From: an uncultured Gammaproteobacteria bacterium
GTDB lineage: Bacteria > Patescibacteriota > Microgenomatia > Levybacterales > UBA12049
NCBI GenBank assembly: GCA_964598355.1
Contig: CAZRBN010000001.1
Span: 5,839 to 69,838 of the forward strand
Reading direction: 5' to 3'
Length of the DNA stretch: 64,000 bases
Position numbers and translations under genes: made by a program. Positions 55,553 through 64,000 of the stretch are shown here, piece after piece (within the stretch, counting starts at the first letter, position 1; each line of letters starts with the position of its first letter). The notes beneath the pieces are model-generated. The model had not been told where the DNA came from. It worked only from the letters and a program-made list of their open reading frames with translations, and did not search any database.

Positions 55553-57058
55553 ATGGAAACATTTGAGCAATTATTACAAAAAACAGGAGAATATGGTGTG
55601 GTTTACCAGGTAAGTCACCCTATTGTTTTTATAGAAGGACTACCGAATGTTAAAACGCATGAGGTTATTTTGTTTGAAAGTGGACAAAAAGGCGAAGTGT
55701 TTAGTATTAACCGCGGGAAAATTGAAGCAAGAATTTTTTCTCATGAACCAGCAAGAGTTGGCACGAAAGTTACTCGTACTGATCAGCTGCTTTCAGTACC
55801 TGTTGGAAAAGAATTATTAGGACAAGCTATAAACCCATTAGGAGAACCTCTTGATTCAAGCGTTCCTTTCACCAAACCAACTCAAATGGGTGATTTGGAT
55901 GCCAAACCAGTGGGTATTGCTGGCAGACAAAAAATAACGACTCCTTTGGCAACTGGTATTTCGCTTATTGATCTTCTTCTTCCTTTAGGACGAGGCCAGC
56001 GGGAATTGATCATTGGAGACAGAAAAACAGGAAAGACGTCAGTGCTTATGACCGTAATAAAAAAACAAGTCTATGAAGGCGTTATCGCAATTTATGCAGC
56101 AATTGCCAAGAAAAAAAGTGATATAAAAAGGCTCCAAGAATTTTTTGTCCAAGAAAAAATTATGGGAAATATTATTCTTGTTGCAACCAGCTCGTATGAC
56201 TCTCCAAGTCTTATTTACCAAACACCATACGCAGCAATGGCAATTGCTGAGTATTTTAAAGAACAAGGTATTCATACTCTTGTCATTTTGGATGATCTTT
56301 CAACCCATGCAAAATTTTATCGAGAACTGTCTCTCCTTGCTCGACGCTTCCCTGGCCGAGATTCTTACCCTGGCGACGTTTTTTATACACATTCTAGACT
56401 TCTTGAACGGGCTGGGAATTTTAAGCATCCAAAAGTAGGGGAAGTATCAATTACCTGTTTGCCTGTTATAGAAATTGTTGAAGGAGATTTTACTGGCTAT
56501 ATTTCAACAAATGTTATGGGCATTACTGATGGCCACCTTTATTTGGATACCAATATCTATTATCAAGGTATGCGTCCTGCCGTGAATATTCCTTTATCAG
56601 TTACCCGTGTTGGCCGACAGACGCTTAGCAAGTTATCCCGAGAAATCAATAAAAATCTCACCTCCTTTTTAGCAGAATACACAAAACTTCAGACTATTTC
56701 TCACTTTGGTCAGGAATTAACTGATGATGTAAAAAAGAAACTTAAACTTGGAGATATGGTTTATAAATTTTTCAATCAACCATATCAAGTTACCGTTCCA
56801 ACACAAGTACAACTGGTTATCCTTTCTATGATTCTTCAGGATTTCATTCCAGATAAAGAAGCACTTGAGAAAATAAAAAATGGTCTTATTGCTGCTTCAT
56901 ATGATCGGGGAAAACAAAAAATATTATATGACCTAACAAATACAAAGGATTCAAAAACTTTTGATGAAAATGTTTTAAAAAATAAAGATCAGTTACTCAC
57001 ACTTGCCGGATTTAATGTAACACAACCAACTCCAACATCAACACAACCAGTAGGATAA
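55553..57058 (+). CDS. atpA: F1 ATP synthase alpha subunit
   Basis: PLATGISLIDLLLPLGRGQRELIIGDRKTGKTSVLMT (P-loop), ...LVILDDLSTHAKFYRELSLLARRFPGRDSYPGDVFYTHSRLLERA. Confidence 0.9.
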   Translation: METFEQLLQKTGEYGVVYQVSHPIVFIEGLPNVKTHEVILFESGQKGEVFSINRGKIEARIFSHEPARVGTKVTRTDQLLSVPVGKELLGQAINPLGEPLDSSVPFTKPTQMGDLDAKPVGIAGRQKITTPLATGISLIDLLLPLGRGQRELIIGDRKTGKTSVLMTVIKKQVYEGVIAIYAAIAKKKSDIKRLQEFFVQEKIMGNIILVATSSYDSPSLIYQTPYAAMAIAEYFKEQGIHTLVILDDLSTHAKFYRELSLLARRFPGRDSYPGDVFYTHSRLLERAGNFKHPKVGEVSITCLPVIEIVEGDFTGYISTNVMGITDGHLYLDTNIYYQGMRPAVNIPLSVTRVGRQTLSKLSREINKNLTSFLAEYTKLQTISHFGQELTDDVKKKLKLGDMVYKFFNQPYQVTVPTQVQLVILSMILQDFIPDKEALEKIKNGLIAASYDRGKQKILYDLTNTKDSKTFDENVLKNKDQLLTLAGFNVTQPTPTSTQPVG

Positions 57059-57152
57059 CAAGTGACAATACAGACAGGGAGTTAAAAGATGAAAGCAGTA
57101 TAAAGTAGAAGAATAGCAAACCAAAAACGGATGGACTACTAAATATTAACCT

Positions 57153-58049
57153 ATGGCACAAAAAAAATTAGTTCAAGAAGACCTGGAGGCACTTAATAGT
57201 TTAAAAGATTTGGTACAAAGTTATGAAGAGATTGCAGTTATTCGTATGCAAAATATTAAGGAGTCCGTCTTAAAAACACGTGATTTTTTAACTGAAATTT
57301 CCGATATTTTTGTTGACTTAAAAGCATCGTATGAACGGGAGGTAAAAGACCTTATGGCACGAATAAAACGAGGTGAAAAGACAATTATACAAGGACTGCA
57401 AAACAATGGAAAAACACTTCTTGTCTATTTATCTTCTAACGGTCGGCTTTATGGATCTGTTACACAAAAGACATTCAGGTTATTTACTGAAGATTTGAAA
57501 AAACCAGAAGGGACAACAGCAGATCTTGTTGTTATTGGAAGCGCCGGACGTGAAATGTTTGAAGGATCAAATGCAAGTAAAAATAAGCAATTTGAATATT
57601 TTGAAATTCCTGATACTAGTGTCAATGTTGATCACATTAAAAAACTCATGCAAAAATTTCTCCAGTACGAAAAAGTATATATCTATTATGGAAAATTTGG
57701 GAATGTCGTTACACAAACTCCTATTGCAACAAGTATTACCGGCGAAGATGTTTTTGAAACTGAAATAGTTAATCCAACTCCGAGAGAAGACAGATTTATT
57801 TTTGAGCCAACACTCGAGAAAATTTTTCATTTTTTTGAAACGCAAATTATGGCAAATCTTTTTAGCCAAACACTACTGGAAAATCAACTTGCTCGTCATG
57901 CATCTCGAGTCAATGCGATGGAAGAGGCACTTGGACATATAGAAGAAGAATCTAAAAAATTAAACCAGGTAAAAAATCGCTTGAGACATTTAACACAAAA
58001 TAAAAAACAGCTAGAGACCATTTCAGGGGTCATTTCTTTGCTTGAATAG
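57153..58049 (+). CDS. atpG: F1 ATP synthase gamma subunit
   Basis: 298 aa. N-terminal coiled-coil helix (LKDLVQSYEEIAVIRMQN) and the C-terminal helix ...LLENQLARHASRVNAMEEALGHIEEESKKLNQVKNRLRHLTQNKKQLETISGVISLLE, typical of gamma. Confidence 0.75.
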   Translation: MAQKKLVQEDLEALNSLKDLVQSYEEIAVIRMQNIKESVLKTRDFLTEISDIFVDLKASYEREVKDLMARIKRGEKTIIQGLQNNGKTLLVYLSSNGRLYGSVTQKTFRLFTEDLKKPEGTTADLVVIGSAGREMFEGSNASKNKQFEYFEIPDTSVNVDHIKKLMQKFLQYEKVYIYYGKFGNVVTQTPIATSITGEDVFETEIVNPTPREDRFIFEPTLEKIFHFFETQIMANLFSQTLLENQLARHASRVNAMEEALGHIEEESKKLNQVKNRLRHLTQNKKQLETISGVISLLE

Positions 58050-58127
58050 TTGTGAAAATTAATGAACATTATATATGATCTAAAATTAGCTTTAGTAATT
58101 AAATACAGTCTAAATATATTTACATAA

Positions 58128-59693
<1,566 letters not shown>

Positions 59694-60054
59694 AGAGATG
59701 TATTACTGAAACATATGTAAAAAACATACTTTTACTATTTTAAAAGTTATCAATTTTGTAAACTCATAGGGTTTTTGGGCTTTAAAAATCGGTGAGTTTT
59801 ATGATGTTGTAACATTACAGACTTTGGTAGATTGAGTAAGCTTTGTTGCTTTTTAGTTTTTTGGGCTTTAAAACTTGTTGCATGCATAAGCTATATAGAC
59901 TACACGAGTTTTAAAAACTGTATAAGCTCTTTACAGGTTTTGTTTTTTGTTGTTTTAAAAGAAAAATATTTGTATACTAAAAGAGTTGTTTTGTTGTGCT
60001 TAATTGGCGGCTTTGTATGAAGATATAGCATATTTAATTTTGCACTAATCACGT

Positions 60055-60372
60055 ATGTCCAATAAAAAACCTATTAAAGTAAAAGTTAGAGACACCAAAG
60101 ATGTTATCTTTGAAGGAGAAGTAGACCGAATTAGCTCATACAATGAAGTTGGACGCTTTGATGTTTTTCCGATGCACGCTAACTTTATTTCTATAATTCA
60201 ACAGGAAATTATCTTATATAAAGATCATCAAAAAGTGAAGGAACTGAAAATTGAAAAAGCCGTGATGAAAGTCAAACAAGACAACGTTGTTATCTTTTTA
60301 GGTATTGAAGCACTTGTTGTCGAAGATGAAATTCTAACAACACAGCCAACTCCACCAAAAACCACGAACTAA
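60055..60372 (+). CDS. atpC: F1 ATP synthase epsilon subunit (short form, beta-sandwich domain only)
   Basis: 105 aa. ...DVIFEGEVDRISSYNEVGRFDVFPMHANFISII matches the epsilon N-terminal domain. It is separated from atpD by an unusual 360-bp repeat-containing spacer. Confidence 0.7.
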   Translation: MSNKKPIKVKVRDTKDVIFEGEVDRISSYNEVGRFDVFPMHANFISIIQQEIILYKDHQKVKELKIEKAVMKVKQDNVVIFLGIEALVVEDEILTTQPTPPKTTN

Positions 60373-60779
60373 ATTAAACTTCAAGGGTACATATAAGTAA
60401 AATGAAAAACTTAAAATTGCGGTATTTTATTTATTGATAAAGTATCGTAATTTTTCACCTATTATTTTCCATTTTTATTAGCTTTGTCTTCTTCTTGAAT
60501 TTGCTAATTACTGCAAATAGATTTAGATTTTTGGGAAAATAATTTCATAAAATTATGATCAATAAATATCATCAATACTCCTCTTTAGACTATTAAATCA
60601 AGTAAAAATAGTACGCAATCTGTCTACTATATATATTTAGGATATTGACTAGATATACTAAAACCAATTACAGTTAAATTAGGCTTAAAAAATGATCTTT
60701 TTTGAGATAAGAAAGTGCCCACACATTTCTACTTTTTTTAGCCTTAGCATTTATTTTTTAAAACAACAAGATGGATTCA

Positions 60780-63700
60780 GCTCGCCCAGGCAATCCTAAA
60801 AAGTTATTGACGTTGAAAGAAGCTGCCCAGCAATTGGCAGTTTCTATTGACGTCCTCATCGAATGGAATAAGCACCACATTCTCAAACCTACTATCACAC
60901 CTGAAGGCGAAATGGGCTATACGCCTGAGCAACTGGAAGACTTTGCACAAATCAGACAATCGCTTCTCGAGGGAGTCTCACTCAATACAGAAAAACCTTC
61001 ACAAGATTTGCCTGGGCGGGCTGAGTCTATTGTGGAGAATGCAATCTATGAAGAAAGGAGGACGCAAAGCAATCTCTACCAAAAATTCTTAAGGTGGATT
61101 GGACGTGAATTCTACAGTGATGACTTCGTCAAAGAATATCTCAAATCTCAAGTGAGAGACTCACTAACATCTCCTATTAAGATGCCATCACGCAAAGTAG
61201 CTACCATTACAACAGGAATCATTGTCATTGGTGTGATAACATTATTTACTCAACAAAACCACATTAAATTTATTTTTGATACATATCAAGAGCGATTTAT
61301 AAAATTAACCGAAAATAGAACCAAAATTCTAGGGGCACAGACAAGCAAACTTCAACTTACTGGAAATGTTATTTTTGGTCTTCCTGTAGAATTTAAAGAA
61401 AACGCAACATTAAAAAAAGATCTCACCGTTGCGGGAAACGGCACATTTACTGGCCATCTAACAGCTCCAAATATTTTATACGGCTTCAAAGCTGGAGCAA
61501 ACGTTAAGGTCGCTGGAGACAAGCAAAACCCAACCATCTCAGTTGATCTTTCTAAGACAGTTACCTCGATAGGAGGTCTTGTAGGAGATATAACATTACA
61601 AGCTGGAAACACAGACATTACCATTACTGGCACGACCATTTCAAACACAGCAACCCTGAGTACTGTTGTTAGTCGAGGACACTGCTCGAGTTGTGTAACA
61701 AATGCTGATGTAGCACACAATTTGATTATTGATGCAACCGGTCAAATTGCCGGAGAAGCAATTAAGTCAGGCGTTATTAGTCCAAGTGTTGGAGGGACTG
61801 GTTTGACAACGTACACATCAGGAGCATTTTTGTATGCTTCTTCGTCAAATGTCCTTGCCACACTGCCAATCGGAACAGCCAATGGACAAATTTTACAGGT
61901 ACAAAATGGTCTTCCATCTTGGACATCCATTGCACTTAATGCTGCAGGAGCAAACTCAAACACGTCAGGAGCAAACTTGGTTGGTGTCTTCCCTAATCTC
62001 ACCAATACAACAGCCACAAATTTACAACAAGTGTTAAAAGACTTGGATTCATCAATTACATCAGCTGGACAATCTCCTTTTATCATTAACACTGACGTAA
62101 CCTACGGAAATTATATAAGGTCAAGCACTACCTCAAACCATTTTGTACTTGGAGGTAATGGTTCGATTACAAAATCGACGCTATTTTTTAATGCAACAAC
62201 AGGAAATCTTGCTCTTGGCACTGCTGCCTCCATCAGTGGTACGCTCACTCTTAATGCGTCTGGTACTGGAGCAACTGCCCCAACCATTTCTGCAAGTTCG
62301 TCTGGTGATTTGCTCATTCCAACGGGCAATATCGGAATTGGCATCGGTACTAATCCTTTTGATGTCGATGCTTCTAATAACCCTTTCAGACTTGAAGTAG
62401 CAGGAAGTATTGGGCCAAACGCTAATAATACATACGACTTAGGTTCACCAACCAGACAATACCGAAACCTGTACCTTTCTGGCCAGACAACCTCAGGAGG
62501 AAATATAACAATAGCCAATACTTCACCAACAATAACATTTATTGATACTGATCCTGGTGAGAATCAATTTGCAATTAATACTGACGCTTCAAAATTTGTC
62601 ATAAACAATAACACAACAGGCCTTAAAGCATTTGCCATAACTGCAAACGGAGACCTTGCTCTAGGTTCAACAGCAACTGCAAATGCTCCATTTTCTTTTC
62701 TTAACGTAGCAAGCGGTACTCCTATCGCATCTGTCTCTGCAGGAGCAAGCGGAGCAACATATTTGACAGCAAATGGGACCCTAGCAACCACAGCAAAGCA
62801 AACATTAACCCTAGGAACGATAACCACAGGCAATATTGTCTTGGCTCCTGGAGGAGTAACAGCACTACAAACAGCTGGTACTAACTTAATTGCAGGAGGA
62901 ACCCTTACCGGACTCACTGGTATTACCTCTTCAGGGACTATCACTTTTAGCGGTCTTACCAATGGATTGCTTAAAGCAAATGGCTCTGGCGCTCTTTCTA
63001 TCGCAGTGCCAGGAGCTGATTTTGAAAATCCACTTACTTTCTCAAATGGTTTAACACGAACAAGTAATGCAGTTGCCTTAGGAGGCACTCTAACTGGTAA
63101 CACGGATCTCCCATTAGCTGGATTTAACCTCACATTATCTGGAAGCGGAAAGGTTGGTATAGGAACAGCCACCCCATCTGCTCTGCTTCATATACAAGGA
63201 GGTAACACAGGTGGAAATGCAGCACTTATTGTTAATCAAACAGGTGCAGTAACTAATGATTTGTTTACCGCATCCTCATCCGGAACCACCCAATTTACCA
63301 TTGCAAACAATGGTAATATTACTGCCAATGGTACTCTTCTCTCTTTGGGGAATGGCTCTGCTGCAACCATCAATACTCCATCTGGCAATGCTTCTCTCAC
63401 GGTTGCTCCTAATGGCACAGGTGCTTTGAACTTAGGTACTACCAACACTGGCAATGTTGCCATTGGAAACAGTACTGGTACCTTTGCTCTCACCTCCAGT
63501 GGTGGCTTAAATGTCACTACCGCTGGTGCTCTCACTGGTGTCTCTTCTCTGGACACCATCACCACTTCTGCTACCTCTCTTGGGTTTGCCAATGCAGGTA
63601 CCATTTCCACTGGCAACAATGGTAACTTCACCATTACTCCTAATGGCACTGGCAACACTGTTCTGACAAGTACTGCAACCAGTGGTGTTCTCGTTGGTTC

Positions 63701-64000
63701 CTCATCCAATACCCTCGCTCCGCTCTCTGTCTCTGGTGGCATTGGGTCCAATGCTTCTTTCATTGTGAACAATTTGAACTCTGGTGATTTGTTCACTGCA
63801 AGTGCAAGTGGAACTACCCGATTCACTGTTGCCAACAATGGCAGTTTGAAGAACAATTTGCTCCCTAATATTACCAACACCTATGACGTAGGATCCGCAT
63901 CCTTCCAATGGAACAATGTCTATGCCAACAACATTTATCAAAATGGTACTCCTCTCACCCAACTCTTCCAGAGAAACAATGGTGCACTTTCACCATTCAA
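60780..64000 (+). CDS. Giant cell-surface protein (partial, more than 1070 aa in window): N-terminal excisionase/MerR-like HTH, one TM helix, then a long Gly/Thr/Asn/Ala-rich beta-helical, tail-fibre-like repeat region. It continues past the window end
   Basis: Translation from ATG 60780 is open to position 64000. KLLTLKEAAQQLAVSIDVLIEWNKHHIL is HTH_17-like. The TM is VATITTGIIVIGVITLF (aa ~140-160). Repeats include GKVGIGTATPSALLHIQGGN. A motif recurs as NTYDLGSPTRQYRNLYLSG and NTYDVGSASFQWNNVYANNIY. The minus-strand ORFs in this region are antisense artefacts (Pro/Val/Ala-rich). Confidence 0.65.

Noticed and set aside
59832-60020. 62-codon ORF in the atpD-atpC spacer
   Set aside because: It consists mainly of translated repeat units (TTTTGGGCTTTAAAA) and is more likely non-coding.
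61352-63962. Six minus-strand ORFs (61352..61720, 61742..62092, 62111..62518, 62564..63172, 63236..63880, 63702..63962) encoding Pro/Val/Ala/Arg-rich polypeptides
   Set aside because: They lie antisense to a continuous plus-strand frame (60780 to the window end) that encodes a recognisable HTH-TM-repeat protein. Open antisense frames are expected opposite a repetitive Gly/Thr/Asn/Ala-rich gene.

Overview
This is a low-GC (~35%), gene-dense bacterial window with short intergenic spacers and many 4-bp ATGA gene overlaps. The envelope gene set (MurJ, FemAB-family, LCP, LPXTG surface protein, three GT-C/GT39-like membrane glycosyltransferases) points to a monoderm, possibly Patescibacteria/CPR-like organism; that taxonomic guess is inference only.

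Main contents, in order:
- Housekeeping: lepA (partial), murJ, rpsT.
- A PilN/PilO-like pair next to an LPXTG adhesin.
- A surface-glycosylation locus: three paralogous GT39/GT-C membrane proteins (one frameshifted in a homopolymer), an NAD-epimerase, a HAD-like hydrolase and an LCP protein.
- tpiA, pcrA/uvrD and a FemAB-family gene.
- A redox/stress neighbourhood: nickel superoxide dismutase (SodN) with its maturation peptidase (SodX), MsrA, a family-4 UDG, a KGG stress protein, an FMN reductase and a DsbA-like protein. Two very large PAS/GAF histidine kinases sit inside it.
- A MacAB/HlyD-like ABC exporter with an adjacent two-component system.
- An ApbE + FMN-binding protein + membrane NAD(P)H-oxidoreductase module that looks like an extracytoplasmic flavinylation / electron-transfer system.
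- A Fur-family regulator with a ZnuABC-type (ABC-3) metal importer.
- A MarR gene preceded by a perfect 16-bp palindrome.
- Two adjacent proteins, each made of two GH130-like domains.
- An atypical F-type ATPase locus and, at the window end, a giant partial HTH–TM–beta-helix surface protein.

The ATPase locus is the most unusual part. It encodes b, delta, alpha, gamma, beta and epsilon but no a-subunit gene. Its only c-like subunit is a 273-aa protein with a signal peptide and a ~170-aa extracytoplasmic domain fused to a c-subunit hairpin, and the essential ion-binding Asp/Glu is replaced by Asn.

A conserved AT-rich promoter-like element (AAAATTAAAAATT..GGTACTTTTATTTAT) recurs in at least six intergenic regions. 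No rRNA, tRNA, CRISPR array or obvious mobile element was found.
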